Source: Centroscyllium fabricii (lineage: Eukaryota). Taken from it: DNA of 64,000 nt. The notes under the pieces were generated by a model that was given only the letters and a program-made list of their open reading frames with translations, made no database searches and was not told where the DNA came from. This document shows positions 47,900 through 61,494 of the stretch, in pieces. Location of the stretch: the NCBI GenBank assembly GCA_051313645.2, contig JBNRSN020000010.1, positions 66,650,001 through 66,714,000 of the forward strand, in the 5' to 3' direction. Position 1 is the stretch's first letter; every line of letters starts with the position of its first letter. A program made the translations under genes and the position numbers.

Positions 47900-48461
47900 A
47901 GGCCCTGTCACACCTAGACGTTTTAGCCAGCGTATGCAAATTTGGCTAAAACGCTGGGTTACGTCGGATACGTTATGTGTACGTTATGCATACGTTAAGA
48001 GCACGCTGGCATACGCTGGCCATACGTTGCATACGTCGTTGTACTTCGAATAAGTCGAGAATTTTTGAGCATGCACAAAAAATCTCGACTTATCCAGCGT
48101 ATGACTCACACGTTCCGCATACGCTGGCCATACGTTGTAGGCACGTTAGGCGATCGTTGACACACGTCGACACACGTTACTTGTAAGTTAGTCATAAGTC
48201 AAAAGACGTCGAGATAATTTCTAAGCGTACCCGGAACTTATTTCTAACCTATGATTAACGTGCTTTGAACCTATGTGTAACGTATCTCCAACGCATATTG
48301 ACGACCACAGAACTTACTGAACGTGTTTGCTACCGTATAATACGTTATGCATACGTCCAACTCATTATGAATACGCTATTAAACGCCCAAAGTTCAGCGT
48401 AACCCAGCGTTTTAGCCAAATTTGCATACGCTGGCTAAAACATCAAGGTGTGACAGGGCCT
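47900..48461. mobile_element. PIF/Harbinger MITE (ACGTAT-rich), copy 2, inverted relative to copy 1
   Basis: Same TIR AGGCCCTGTCACACC; TAA/TTA flanks. Confidence 0.88.
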
Positions 48462-50749
48462 TTAGTTTGAGACAGCCGACGTGAGGTGATAGTGAAAATG
48501 AATAACGAAGGCAAGAAAGTATTGGAGAATTAAGTGAAAAGGAATGTTTCAACATAGATTTGGAAAAGAGAAAGCTAAATCTTGGTAATAACTTTAATTA
48601 TACAAGAAGGAAATGGGAATGAAAGGATAGAAAAAGGTATTAAACAAGAAAAATCATGCGATAAGCTTGGGAAAAGTACTGGCATAGGAAACTGAAGTAA
48701 ATAGAAAAAAATTGAAGTTGAATTGAGAAGAAACAAAAAGTAGAAATAAATGAGTAAACTTTAAACCAATAAAAAAGGAAATAAACAAGGATATGGAAAC
48801 AAACCGCAAGGTTGGAAATTAAGGAACAGAATGTAGCAAAGTCTCAGATTAATGAAGAGCAGCACATTAAATGAAAGAAAAATGATGCAAGAAAATACGT
48901 AAAAATTTTCATCATCACTGCCTGGACAGTAATTTGGCAGATTGGATCGTCTGCCTGTTGTAGGACCTGCCCAATTTCCATTCTGGAATGAAAACCATGC
49001 AGGTTCTACAACGGGTGGGTGATTTGCTCTACCAGTTTACTGGCCAAACAAACTATGATGAAAATTTAGTCCGTAAAGTGCAATTAAGGAGAAGAGTGAT
49101 GATAAAACAATCAGAAGAAAAAGTGAAGAAAACATCAGAAAGCAGGAATATGTGAAGGAACTGGAAAAGCTCAAAAGACAATAGAAGACTAAAGTAGAGA
49201 TAGATATACTAAAGTTTAGTGTAATGCAAAGTGTGTTCATTCAGTACAGATTATGAAAATGTATAGTACCCTTTTACTAAGCAAGAAGTCCTGATCATTT
49301 GGTAGGAAAAGATTAAGAAAGAGACTCAGAAGAAAGCAAGCATCAGGAATGTGAATACTGGAATCTCTGTTGCAGAAAAAGTAAGTTCTGGGGAAACAAT
49401 TCCATGTAAAATTTTTATTGTAGTTGCTAAGTACAAATGTGCAATTGTAAAGACAGGAAGTACCCTGTATAGCATTAATCATTTAAAATCTAATTCTTCT
49501 TCACTTGTTCAACCGTGGGATATTACCATTATGTTGAGTGTGGTGGGGGAAGGACAGTGGCCTTTTAAGAAGTTTGTACCAAGTTATTAGAATCCTGATC
49601 AGTTATTCTGTTGTGTAAGAAAACTCATTCTGAACGGCACCTTTAGATAATTTCTTTTGCTGTTTTTGGTATTAGCCTTGCTGTTCACCACCACACAGTC
49701 CAAATTAGTTTTAGACCTTTTTTCCATTGCTGTAGATCAGTGCTATTTGCTGTTCACAGTTCTAAAAATAGTCCTGTGACCGTTCCTTAATTTTTCAGTA
49801 AGTATTACCAAGTATTTCAGTATTGCTCTCACACAACTGTTCTACAGTATTTTGTTATCACCAAGTATTTCACTGTTGCTTAGTCATCAATACCATTTTC
49901 TTCAACTGATAGATTTTGTGCCTCAGTATTGGCACATTGGGCTACCAAATGAAATTGCACATTTCATGATGAAATTTAATTGAAATCTGTAAGCGGATTT
50001 CTTCCCATAATTATTGTCGCAATATAGGGTTGTTAGTCTTTCAACAATAACTTCCGCGTGATTCGGGCCCAAGTGGTTTTAAACAACAAACTTTAATATA
50101 TTGACTAATAACAGTATTGCTCTTGCAGTGCTGTAGAACAGTTGTGTATTAAATAAAGCAATTAATACAACCTGGTATCCCCGCAAGCGGACTTCAAGGT
50201 GATCGACTGCTTTATTCTTCAAGCACATCTCTCTGTCCTTATCTCGTAATCAATAATTATCACACTAAGCTGATGCCTCGTTAACAACTCAAGATGAGCT
50301 GTTTTATGTAGTGTCCTAATCACCTCAACCCCATCTCTGTCTCACAAGCTGTTATTATTCTCCTGGAATGTGTAGGCTCTCCGTATCTGTGTGTTGGCCT
50401 CCCTAATTCTGACTGCCTTACCAGCCTTCCAGTGCTATCAGTTGCTGTGGTATGTTGGTGTCTCAACAACTGCATCCCTTTTTTGGTGCCTGATTATCAT
50501 GCCCAACTCATTTGGTTTACACACAGACAAACTCTGCCCCCCCTCCCCCCAGCTCCCACCCTTTTGCTAAAATGCTTGGAGCTATGCGAGATGGGGTGCT
50601 TGATTATATTCTAAAAATATTTTAATTTACTTTCTACCTTGTCTAATTCTAGTAATTTATCCAAATAAGTCATGGGTTCTTCCTCTGTTATCAACCAGGA
50701 GACTAAAAGAGCCCTAATCTTCTTCCAAAGGTAGAGAGTACGCTAGGAA

Positions 50750-51210
50750 TTAAATTACATAGAAATATATAGAAATAATAGAAGATACAACATGGAAGCA
50801 GGTCATTTAGCCCAACCAGTCTGTCAGCATTTACCTTCCACATAAGAAAATAGTTCTAATCACATTTACCCACCATATTCCCATATGCCTTCAACCCCTT
50901 TTGCTATATCCACCTATCGAATCTAATCCATTTTAACAAGAAAAGACCCAATTTTTCAAATCTGTCTTCATATTTGTAGTTCTTCATATCTGTGAATCTA
51001 CGCTGTGCTCTCTAAATTGCCTCAACATTCTTCATATAGTGCGGAACCTAAAACAGCACACACTGCTAAAATTGTGGTCTAAAAAGGATTTACCATTACA
51101 TTTCAGCTTTTGTAGCCTATACATATTACCATAAGACCCAGTGTTCCATTTGATTTTTTTTTATGGCCTTGAAGTGCTCCTTTTAATGTCTTGTGAACTT
51201 GAACCCACAA
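50750..51210 (-). mobile_element. Highly degraded CR1 fragment
   Basis: Tail-like ATAGAAATATATAGAA plus decayed CR1 3' sequence. Confidence 0.5.
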
Positions 51211-51878
51211 ATCAGAATGTGATCTGCCATGAGGACACTTATTTTTAAAAATAAGGTAGTTATAATAATTTTTTGTGTCATATCCCTTGTGTTAATTTTT
51301 GAACATGAGAGCTATTAGCTTGAAATAGTTAGAGTAGAGTTACTTCAGTAGAAATGATCTTGGGGTGTTTTAATATCAATTGTAGTAATTAAAATCATTC
51401 AAACTGTCTTTAAAATCCTTTAAACACACCCTTCCAAATATCGCTTTCTTCTGCTCAGTGTTAATTTTTGTCTGATTATGTCTCTGAAGTGTCTTGGGAC
51501 CTTTTTCCACATTGAAGGCCTTGTCTGAATACAAATTGTTGTTGTTGTCAGTGTTAGTGATCCTTTCAATGCAGCATTATCTGTGATATCAGCGTTGAAA
51601 CAAGGATATTGGAGGTGATTATAGTCTTTGTAACAGTCTGATTTTTGAAAGGTGTTTGCTGGTTAGATACTCTTGAAGGATCTGTGATCACAGGAGAAGA
51701 ACAGTAGAATTTTGTTGAAAGAAACAAGAACTACTATTGATAAAGATGATAAATGAGAACGCTTCATTTATGTTTGAAATCACACACTCTGATATAAATC
51801 TAACAGTAAAATTGTATGTTAGAATCAGAAAGTTCCAGCTAACGTGAGAAATTAAGTAATGATTTTCTTTTTTTTCAG

Positions 51879-51963
51879 AGTGCAAACCCTGAGGGATTTG
51901 TGGAGTGCCCTGAGGTGGCAGAAAATACAATGAGATTTTTAGCTCTTTCACCAGCTAGAAATG
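51879..51963 (+). CDS. FSIP1: FSIP1 coding exon 5
   Basis: ttttcttttttttcag|AGT...AATG|GTGAGT; SANPEGFVECPEVAENTMRFLALS resembles FSIP1 SAK...EEMENTKKFLSL; phase 0 to 1. Confidence 0.9.
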
Positions 51964-53199
51964 GTGAGTGGAAGGAAACCCTGATGCTGGTTAATTGTAC
52001 AAAATAATGTGAAGAAACAAATGGAATTATTGTAACCACACTACATCCTCGTTCCAAGTATTCTTTGGCATTAAAGCACAGGTTAGCGGGAATGTGATAC
52101 ATTGGCAAATCTTTGATACTTTTTCATGTTTAGAACAATTTGACATAACATTGGCCAAACCCTTATTATGTGAAATCTATTTACATCAGCCTTTAAGTAT
52201 AAACATACAATTAGGCCATATTCAAGCATACAGTTAGGCCATATTCTAACACACAGTGAAATTCAAATAAGGTCTAGAAGCAAATTTACAAATTGGGGAA
52301 TTTGTATGGCATGGTTTATCTTGCTGCTTGAGACATTTTCTAAATGTTTTTCGTTCTGAAACCTTTCTCCATCTTCTCTTGAAATTGTTGACTCCTTGCT
52401 GGTTACAGTTCCGTGGTACTCCTTGTCCAAATGGCCATTATTAATGTGTGTGCCTTGACAGTGAGCATCGGAAGCTATTTTTCTGTAGGGGCATTACAGT
52501 GGTGCCCGATCTTGTGTCATCTAACATCACGACAAACTATTTCACTTGTTCAGGACAGAAGTACCAGAGGACACAGTCTGCGCTTGAAGGGGAGTAAATT
52601 CAAAATTAATCTGCGAAACCATGGGCGGAATTTTCTGTACCAGGGCGGGTCGGGTGTGGGCGGTCGGCGTGGTGGGTCGTGACCCTGTTCTTCAGACCAC
52701 GCCGCTCCTGAGATTGACTTTCCGTTAATGGGGCCTATTAAGGCCATCCTGTGTGTTTTCAGCCAGGGTATTTAGTGGAGCCATGGCCATATTGCATTTG
52801 AAACTTCATCTAAGTGTGTGCAGGCAGCACACTGCACAATTGAATTGCTGCAAAAAGTGCCAAACATGACTGCACTGAGACAGACGGCTGCACCAAGGTT
52901 CTCCGATGACTCTCTCCATCTGCTTGTGGAGGGAGTGAGAGCCCGTAGGGAGGTCCTCTTCCCTTCTAATGGGCGGAAGAGACCTCCTCCAGAGACAAAA
53001 GAGTCTGGCTCCAAATAGCAGAGGAGGTCAATAGCAGGATGTGGTCAGGAGGACCTGGGTGCAGTGCTGCAAACGTTTCAATGATCTCATTAGATCAGGA
53101 AAGGTGAGTGGAAAACCACAGTCAACTTCATCCTGCAGTGCTTCTCATCACATCCCCGACACTCTGCCTTCCCAACCCTGCTCCTGCACATTGGGACGA

Positions 53200-53553
53200 C
53201 ACAGTGGCACAGTGGTTAGCACTGCTGCCTCGCAATAAGGAGCTCCTGGGTTTGAATCCTGCTTGGCCTGGGACACCTCTGCATGGAGTTTGCATATTCT
53301 CCCTGTGTTCATGTGGGTTTCCTCCAGGTACTCCGGTTTCCTCCCACCATCCAAAGACATGCAGGTTAGGTGAACTGGAGATAGGAAAAATTGCCCATGA
53401 GTATGTGTGTGAGATATAGTTCTTAGAGTTAGGGGTGTCTGGGGAGAGGGTAGGAGGGTTTGCTGGGTTTGGATGATCAGCCATGATCTCATCGAAAATG
53501 GCGGGGCAGGCTCGAAGAGCCGAATGGCCTACTCCTGCTCCTATCTTCTGTGT
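53200..53553 (+). mobile_element. HE1-like V-SINE
   Basis: tRNA-like head, V-domain and CR1-like tail. Confidence 0.85.
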
Positions 53554-54278
53554 ATCCCTGCACTAACATACCTTGCACGTCCACCCATCCCCCTCTCTCT
53601 ATCTATATACTCACATCGCCATCTGACGAGCCACCCCTCACACTCACCCTCATCCTAATACAATCATACGAACTAACAACACACAATGAGGCCACTTGGC
53701 ATTTCCACCCCACTCCATCATAGTCACCCTCTAAAGATGTAAGCCATTCATTCCTTACAGTCATTTCATCAGTCTCACTCAACCTTCTCCTCTTCCCTCC
53801 TTACAAGAGAGCCCACAAGGAGAGGGAGAGAACCGGTGGTGACCCTCCATCATTGGCCACTCTAACATCAGCAAAGGAGGCTGCCTTGGAAGTGTCTGGA
53901 GTTGCCGAACAGCTGGAGGTGGGAGACAGAGAGAGGGGACATCTTGGCAACCTGGTGACAGAATTACATCTCATACAGCCACGTGGCATGCAGCAGTCAC
54001 TCATATGGTGACTGATGTCAGCAGCCAGTGAATGTTCATCATGTGCATAATGATATCTGTCCCCATTCTTCATATGACATATCTAACTCATCTCTTTACT
54101 CTCCCACAGCTTCATCAAGAGCCCCCCCCCCCCCCAACCCCCCCACACTGTCCAGTAGGAAGAGGAAGACGACTCCTCAGAGCAGCCTCCAGCCTCTGAG
54201 GGTGCACTGTTACCAGGCATAAGCGCACCCAGCACAAGTGCAGATAGTAACGCCAAGGTGGGTTCCACGCAAGATTAT

Positions 54279-55025
54279 GGGGGAGAAATTGGGTTGCGCC
54301 CCGTTTGGGGCGCTAACCTCGGAAATTAGCACCCCGAAAAAGTTAGCGCTGTTCCACCGTAAATTGGGTTTTAGTGCCCCAAGTAGGAGGTGGGGTGCTA
54401 CTGCAGGCGCCCCACCTCGTTCCTCGTGCGCAACAACTGAAGTTCGGGCCACTGTGTTGCTGCGCCACGCTCTGCAGCACGCTGCGCCGCGGTACTGCAG
54501 GCCTCCCTCCCCTTCTTAAAGGGGAGTGGCCTAGCGTGGCACGGCCTGGAGCCCCGTTGGACCGCCGGGGATTGGAGTGCCGCCAAAGAAGCCCAGCACT
54601 CGAGGGAAGTGCCAGGCTCACGGAGCACAGCCAGCACTCTGCGGGGGAGCATCGGGGAAGGCCGGGGACGGCAGAGGGGGCAGGTGCTGGCAGTCGGCCA
54701 GCAAGAAAAATGGTCGCCCGCCACCCCCCCCTTTAAATAGCGCTGGCCCGGCTGCAACTGCGTCCCCCTGACCCTGTCAGTGACCGCGTCCGGCGCTAAG
54801 TCAGGGGGCACGACTGAAGTTTGAGGCTGGGGCGCGAGCGAGGTGCTGCGCATGGCAATGACATCATCACTGGTGGCGCAGTGCCACGGGGCGTTACCGA
54901 CTGCCGCCGCCAGCACCCCGCTGAATTTCATGGGAGGCGCCAGCCCAGGCGCTAGGTGCCTTGCGCCCCATTAGCAGCCCTCTTAGGGCGCTAACGGCTG
55001 GCGCAAGCCACCCAATTTTTCCCCC
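54279..55025. mobile_element. GC-rich Harbinger MITE nested in Harbinger 2
   Basis: GGGGGAGAAATTGGG...CCCAATTTTTCCCCC; reverse complement of the 28153 element. Confidence 0.85.
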
Positions 55026-55925
55026 GTAATGTTGTTGTCACCTGATGTCTCAAGTCATAAGTGAGCAAGAGGAAATGGTGGGGCCAGGGACAGCAGTGGC
55101 GACTTCTTGCCGGAAGGTGCTGGACGCTCCCAGCTCTGCTCAGCTGCATGCAGTCGCTGAGCCTTGGGGACCATCCAGAAAGAGGGCGATCCTGGAGATG
55201 TCGCAAGAAGTGCAGGAGGCTTTGACAGGTTTTGCGACCGCGATGTCTGCAAATTTCCAGAGAATGGAAGACTCTATCTCCAACATGAGCATCACTGTGT
55301 CACAGGCAATGGCGACTAGGCTCTTCCATGGATAGGATGACCAACTGCATGGAGCAGCTAAAGCACCACTCACAGGAGCACATGGTCTCTATGGAGAATA
55401 GATGGCTATCTGTGGAGAATGGATGACAGAGGCTTATAGACGTTCTCTCAAGGAGTGATGTCAACATATAAGTAAGTGGGTTCTCCTGGCCCCACTGCTA
55501 TGCAGCAAGGTGCTTTCCAGCTTCTTGCTAGCAGGGAACTGCGTATGATGATGGTGAGAGGGGACATGCAAGTCGGGATTCCTCTCAAAGCGTTCACACT
55601 TCTCCCCCATTGCTTCCCCCCCCCCCCCCACCCCCAAAGTCAGAGCCCCAGACGCCTTCTCGGATCGTGATGACTGAGTCTTCCCTGCACAGTTTTAGGA
55701 GGAGCAGATTTTGGCCGGGCTGTCACAGGCTCCAAAACCCTGAGGACGTCCGGCAAAGATGTCTATGCAGTTGCAGCAGGGAAGTGAGCAGACTGCCTCT
55801 ATCTCTGCTGAAGCCACAGGGGTAGTACCTCGTAGAAGCACGCATAAGAGAAAGATGGCACACAATGAGAGTCACAAGGTAGCCACTTGGGTGTTTTATT
55901 AAATGTTTCTGTAAAGTTTCCGTTA

Positions 55926-56260
55926 CACAGAAACACAGAAGATAGGCGCAGGAGTAGGCCATTCGGCCCTTCGAGCCTGCTCCGCCATTTTGATGAGATC
56001 ATGGCTGATCATCCAAACCCAACACCCCCTTCCTACCCTCTCCCCATATCCCCCAACTCTAAGAACTATATTTCACACACACATACGTTAGACCTGCATG
56101 TCTTTGGGTGGTGAGAGGAAACCGGAGTACCCGGCGGAAACCCACATGAACACGGGGAGAACATGCAAACTCCACGCAGAGGTGTCCCGGGCCAAGCAGG
56201 ATTCGAACCCAGGAGTTCCTTATTGCGAGGCAGCAGTGCTAACCACTGCGCCACTGTGGC
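55926..56260 (-). mobile_element. HE1-like V-SINE
   Basis: Reverse-complement homologue of 53200-53553. Confidence 0.85.
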
Positions 56261-56436
56261 GTCCAAATCTTATTTTCACCACTTTCTGGTCATGGACACA
56301 TTTGTAATTACCTTTGGAAGTGGCTTAGTGAGATGGAGTGAATGATGTGACATAATGTCACCTCCAGCAATGGTGGTCAGTGTGAAAGGAATGGCTTGGT
56401 CAATACAGGGATGCTTTATGGTGTTACTGTGGGGTT

Positions 56437-57660
56437 ATGCCAACCTGGCGCAGCATGTGGCAGCCATATGGGTGTAATGCATAAAGTTAAGTAATTCTGG
56501 CCATGATGAGGCCATCGCTGGCCTCCCGGACAGCAATGTGCTCAGGTGCTGGTGGTATCTGGACAGCAGGTTCCTCCAGCACCTGCTCCTCCTCGTCTTC
56601 CAGCTGATGCTCCTCCTACTCCTCCTTCTCCTCCTCTGAAGAGGCTGTGCGCTCAGGGCCTTGCTCCTCATGCAGCGCCAGTCCTCACTGCTGCACTATG
56701 TTGTGCAGGGTGCAGCAGACCATGATGATTCTGGAAACCCTGACTAGTGTGTACTGAAGGGTTCCTCCAGATCTGTCAAGGCATCTGGAGTGCATTTTGA
56801 GTATGCCTATTGTCTGCTCTATGACACATCTGGTGGAAATGTGGCTTTCATTACATCTCTCCTGGGCCGCGTTACTTGGCCTCCTCAAGGGTGTCATGAG
56901 CCACATCTTCAGTGGATAGTCTTTGTCACCAAGCAGCCAGCCAGAAAGTCTGTTTGGCAGAGCGAAGAGCAGAAAGAGTCATGGCAGCTGGCAGGGAATT
57001 TGGCGCACACATGCATGATGATCTTTCTATGGTTGCAGACGACCTGCAGTGGAAGCCCTTGCGGTTGACAAACACTCCTGGATGATGATGGGGTGCCCTG
57101 ATGGCCACATGCGCGCAGTCGATGATGTCCTGCACCCATGGGAAGCCAGCCAGAGTGGCAAGTCCAGCGACTGCTCAGTAACACTGGCTTCATCAGTGGC
57201 AAAGTTGATATAATTGGCTGACTTATCGGTGACCTGGGTGATGCACCTGTTGGCGTCCTACTGCGAGATGCCACAAATGTCCGCTGCAGATCCCTGGAAG
57301 GAGCCTGCGGCGAAGAGGTTGAGGGAGCTGGTGACTTTGACAGCCACTGGTAAGGCATGTCCAACCGCTCCTCTGGGCTGCAGGTCTTGCTCCAGCAATG
57401 TGCAAATGTCTGCAATGACCTGACGTGATAGCCTGAGCCTCCTTTGGTACTGCTGCTCCGTCATGTTGAGGAAGCTCATCCTCTGCCTCTATACCCTCTG
57501 TTGGGGGTATCACCTCTGGCACAGTGCAGCCCTGTGCTGATGCCCTCTGTCCAGTGCAGCATTAGGTGGTTGAGGAGAAGGTTGGTGGTGCTGCTGGTGT
57601 TGGGGCTCAACATGGTCTGATTCTGAAGACTAAGGTGAGACAGCATAAATGGCACCCATG
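56437..57660 (-). pseudogene. Harbinger 2 DDE transposase remnants
   Basis: [72 protein letters not shown]. Confidence 0.9.
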
Positions 57661-59040
57661 CTGATGTAATAGATGGCAGGTCAAGTAGAGATGACTGAAG
57701 CAATCTGTCAATGGTGTGATAGGTTCTACCAATCAAGTCATGGTGGATGCCGATTTTGCTGGAAACACTTGCAACCTCTAGAAAGCTAAATCTGTGCTCA
57801 CAATGGATTCAGCAACAGCATCTACCTTCGGAAAGTGATCAGCTGTGAGGTGGGACTTTTTATTGTACTTTTCACGCTATGCACTAATGAGCTGCATCAA
57901 TGGCCACTCCACTTCCGCTTCAGATTCACAGATGTGGTTCCTGAGCTGCGTGATTCCCGTGCTCATCCAGGGAAATTTGAAAAGTAGGGTTAAAAAGGCG
58001 CTTAAGCGTCTGACAAGTACCTAATAATGGTTTAAATTGGCTTGCCCGCCTCTGCCATTCGGTCGCTGCTGCACTGCCAAACGCGCCCAAGGGAAAGGCG
58101 CGTGGGGGTGGGATGATGGCAGTTTCACGACCCGCTGTAAGATATTTCAAATTTCCCACCTGACCTGCCTCCTATCACGCCCGCACAGACACCAGAAAAT
58201 TCCGACCCATATTTCAGTTAGCGACTGGTCAATCTATGGAACATGCTCCCTCGGGAGTTGGTGGAAGCAGTTAGTATTGATTCATTAAAATGCAAATTAG
58301 GTAGATTTCTTCCAGAATATAACATTTTGGGATACAAGAGTAATTTAAGATATGACATATGGTCTTTATAGCCTACTTAGGAGGAACAGATGGCTTTGGA
58401 CCTATGGTTCCTAAAACTCTCCACTACTGGCTCTTCCTTGCATCATGTCTGGGACTAATTGATAAAGATTGATTGCTGTGATTAGTGAACATCTCTATTA
58501 TCATTGTATCATGCGAGTATCCGGATGGTAGAAGGTGAACTAGATGGATCTTGATCTTTTTTTCATCTAGCAGTTCCCATGTTCCTACATATGCACAGAT
58601 CCAACAAAAGCCATCTTCCCCCATCCCTCCACCATGTGCTCTCAACCAGAGGTGTTGGAGCCAATTGAAACCAGTCATCAAAACTTGCTTCTGCATTGGG
58701 GATAAGGTATTTTTAATGATTTAAAATAAATAAAGTTTAAGTTGTAATTTGAAGCAAACTTGTAATCTGAAAATCTTTACAGGTGTCGGTATGGCACAGT
58801 GAAACACTAACCTTAATTTCAGTGAATTGGGGTTGTCTGTCCTCATGAACTCATACAAAAAAAAGAACAAATACCATCCAGTTCATTAAACCTGCCCATC
58901 CAAACATGGTACAGCCATGTAGACCATTGACCACCCTTTAGTCACACAATCTGCTGGGAGAGGGAAGAAACCTGAGGCCAATTTAAGCAAAATTCTGGGA
59001 AATTCATGTCTGACTCCAAGGCAGTTAATCAAAACCCAAG

Positions 59041-59343
59041 CTGTTAAAAAAGCATACAGATGTATTGGCTTTATAAATAGATGAATAGAGTACAAAAGCA
59101 GGGAAGTTATGCTAAATGTTCATAAATCACTGGTTAGACCTCAGCTAGAGTATTGCGCCCAATTCTGGGCATCACACTTTAGAAAGAATGTCAAGGCCTT
59201 GGAGAGGGTGCCGAGGAGATTTACTAGAATGGTACCGGATATGAGTGGTTTCAGTTATCTGGAGAGACTAGAGAAACTGGGATTGTTCTCCTTAGAGCAG
59301 AGAAGGTTAAGGGGAAATTTAATTGAGTTGCTTAAAATTATGA
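59041..59343 (+). mobile_element. CR1 RT C-terminal fragment
   Basis: LVRPQLEYCAQFW...GLFSLEQRRLRG. Confidence 0.85.
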
Positions 59344-59349
59344 GCCATG

Positions 59350-59500
59350 ATGTGGAGGTGCCGGTGTTGGACTGGGATGGACAAACGTAAGAAGTCACAC
59401 AACACCAGGTTATAGTCCGACAGTTTTATTTGAAATCACAAGCTTTAGGAGCGCTGCTCTTTCGTCAGGTGAAGTGAAGAGATGTATCTCTTTACTTCAC
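59350..59500 (-). mobile_element. Penelope-like pseudo-LTR, second copy
   Basis: Homologous to 11811-11934 in reverse; hammerhead core CUGACGA...UAAA (GAAA mutated). Confidence 0.7.
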
Positions 59501-59523
59501 AGACGCAGCGGCTTTGCTGGACT

Positions 59524-59922
59524 CTGGTGGCATAGTGGTTAGCGCTGTTGCCTCACAGCACTAGAGTCCCGGGTTCAAATCCAGCCTCGGGTACTATCTG
59601 TGTGGAGTTTGCACATTCTCCCCGTGTCTGCGTGGGTTTCCTCCGGGTGCTCCGGTTTCCTCCCACAGTCCAAAGATGTGCGGGTTAGGTTGATTGGCCA
59701 GGATAAATTGACCCTTAGTGTTAGGGGCATTAAATATGTGGTGTTACAGGGATAGGGTGGGATATGTGTCGGTGCAGGCTCGATAGGGATCGAGGGATAT
59801 GGGGAGAAGGCAGGGACAGGGTACTGAGTTTGGATGATCAGCCATGATCTCATTGAATGGCGGAGCAGGCTCGAAGGGCCAAATGGCCTACTCCTGCTCC
59901 TATCTTCTATGTTTCTATGTTT
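59524..59922 (+). mobile_element. HE1-like V-SINE
   Basis: tRNA-like head, V-domain and (TTCTATGT)n tail. Confidence 0.9.
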
Positions 59923-60009
59923 CTTGGGAGCTTGCAAGATCACATTTCGTTGTTCATGTACTTGTACATTGTATAATGACAATAAAGTTGAATTATTATT
60001 ATTATTATT

Positions 60010-60278
60010 TCGGCCCATCGAGCCTGCACCGACACATATCCCACCCTATCCCCGTAACCCCACATATTTAATCACCCTAACACTAAGGGTCAATTTATCC
60101 TGGCCAATCAACCTAACCCGCACATCTTTGGACTGTGGGAGGAAACTGGAGCACCCGGAGGAAACCCACGCAGACACGGGGAGAATGTGCAAACTCCACA
60201 CAGATAGTCACCCGAGGCCGGATTTGAACCCGTGCCCCCGGCGCTGAGACATCAGTGCTAACCACTATGCCACCGTGC
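60010..60278 (-). mobile_element. HE1-like V-SINE, inverted relative to 59524-59922
   Basis: Reverse complement of the preceding SINE's head and V-domain. Confidence 0.9.
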
Positions 60279-60764
60279 TGATTGGTACAGTTCAATCAGA
60301 AATGACACGACAATACTTGTTTAAATACAGGCACATTTTGCCAAACATTTTACATAGAATTTCACAATGCAGAAAACAGGCCATTTGGCCCAACAGCTTT
60401 TTATGCTTGTTTAGCTACTTGTTCTTTGACAACATATAAATCACATTACAAATTTTGGCGGTCAAGCAGTTTTTGAAGAATATTTAAAAAAAATATTTTA
60501 TCATTTTGATGGTGATTCAAATGTGTTTGAAGCAGATGTATTAAACCACACATCTGTACCTTGCCAGAATGGATCAGTAGTTGGAAAGATTATGAAGAGT
60601 GATTTCTTGGCTCATTATTGCTTTGTAGATAAAATGCACAAAAACAAAAGTAAACTGTAACAACGTGAAACCACACATTTTCATTTCTAACTTCTGTGCA
60701 CATTTTAAAATATTCAGCTGTGGCGATGATCACATGATCTTTCCTTTTGCTTTATCTACATCAG

Positions 60765-60848
60765 GTGAAGATCTGGTGGTTACATCTATATTCCACACCC
60801 AGCTCCCTCTGGAGGAATATGAAAGAGGCAACAGTGAAAGATACCAAG
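60765..60848 (+). CDS. FSIP1: FSIP1 coding exon 6
   Basis: ctacatcag|GT...CAAG|GTAAG; EDLVVTSIFHTQLPLEEYE resembles FSIP1 SSVFHTQIPPEEYE; phase 1 to 1. Confidence 0.9.
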
Positions 60849-61129
60849 GTAAGAATTTAGCAAGTGTACAAAATCTCATTACAGTGGGATCTTTTCAGCA
60901 TTATCTCCTATTTACTCTGACAAATTTGAATATAACCAACAGCTGTCTGGCTGAGCGACTGACTTTAATAAAGGTAAGAAAGCAGCAACTTCCAGTTGCC
61001 ATAAATGGGTAGGCTTTTTTTTTTGCTAACCATTCGTCTAAATTTTAGGTAAGAATTTCTTTGTATTTTGCATATATTTCAGCACTTGAAATCTGGGTCC
61101 TTTTTGGTTGATCCCTAATCCATTTCCAG

Positions 61130-61362
61130 TCTGCTACCATGCTTTTCCTCCCCTTGCCTATTCACTCTACACTCTGCTGCCATGCTTTTCCTCCCCTTGC
61201 CTATTCACTCTACACTCTGCTGCCGTGCTTTTCCTCCCCTTGCCTATTCACTCTACACTCTGCTGCCGTGCTTTTCCTCCCCTTGCCTATTCACTCTACA
61301 CTCTGCTGCCGTGCTTTTCCTCCCCTTGCCTATTCACTCTACACTCTGCTGCCATGCTTTCT
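61130..61362. repeat. 43-bp tandem repeat x~5
   Basis: Unit CTCTGCTGCCGTGCTTTTCCTCCCCTTGCCTATTCACTCTACA. Confidence 0.95.
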
Positions 61363-61494
61363 CCACCTACCACCCCCCCCCCCCCCCCAATCCCACCCGT
61401 ACTCTAATTTTGCTGTGCTTAGCTCGGTTCTCAGTTGGTAGCACTCTCGTCTCTGACTCAGTAGTTAGTTCAGAAGTACATAAGTTTTTTTTAC

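Larger units (their letters stand above)
52866..55860 (+). pseudogene. Harbinger 2 Myb/SANT gene remnants
   Basis: AAPRFSDDSLHLLVEGVRARREVLFP, RRTWVQCCKRFNDLIRSGK|GTGAGT, later RAHKERERTGG; frameshifted and interrupted by a SINE and a MITE. Confidence 0.8.
52623..58207. mobile_element. PIF/Harbinger transposon 2 (Myb/SANT on +, transposase on -), decayed
   Basis: TIR GGGCGGAATTTTCTG / CAGAAAATTCCGACC with TSD CAT. It splits an old CR1 3' fragment (KFKINLRNH|...LVNLWN). Confidence 0.9.

Noticed and set aside
48480-49350. Purine-rich stretch suggestive of a Lys/Glu coiled-coil exon
   Set aside because: Frequent stops and no convincing splice sites; low-complexity intron.
58330-58590. A second type of CR1 3' UTR that might be structured
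   Set aside because: Single degraded copy; I could not identify consistent helices or covariation.
59524-59590. tRNA-like sequences with A and B boxes (also at 35560-35620, 53200 and 63600)
   Set aside because: They are heads of HE1-like SINEs followed by a V-domain and LINE-like tail, not tRNA genes.
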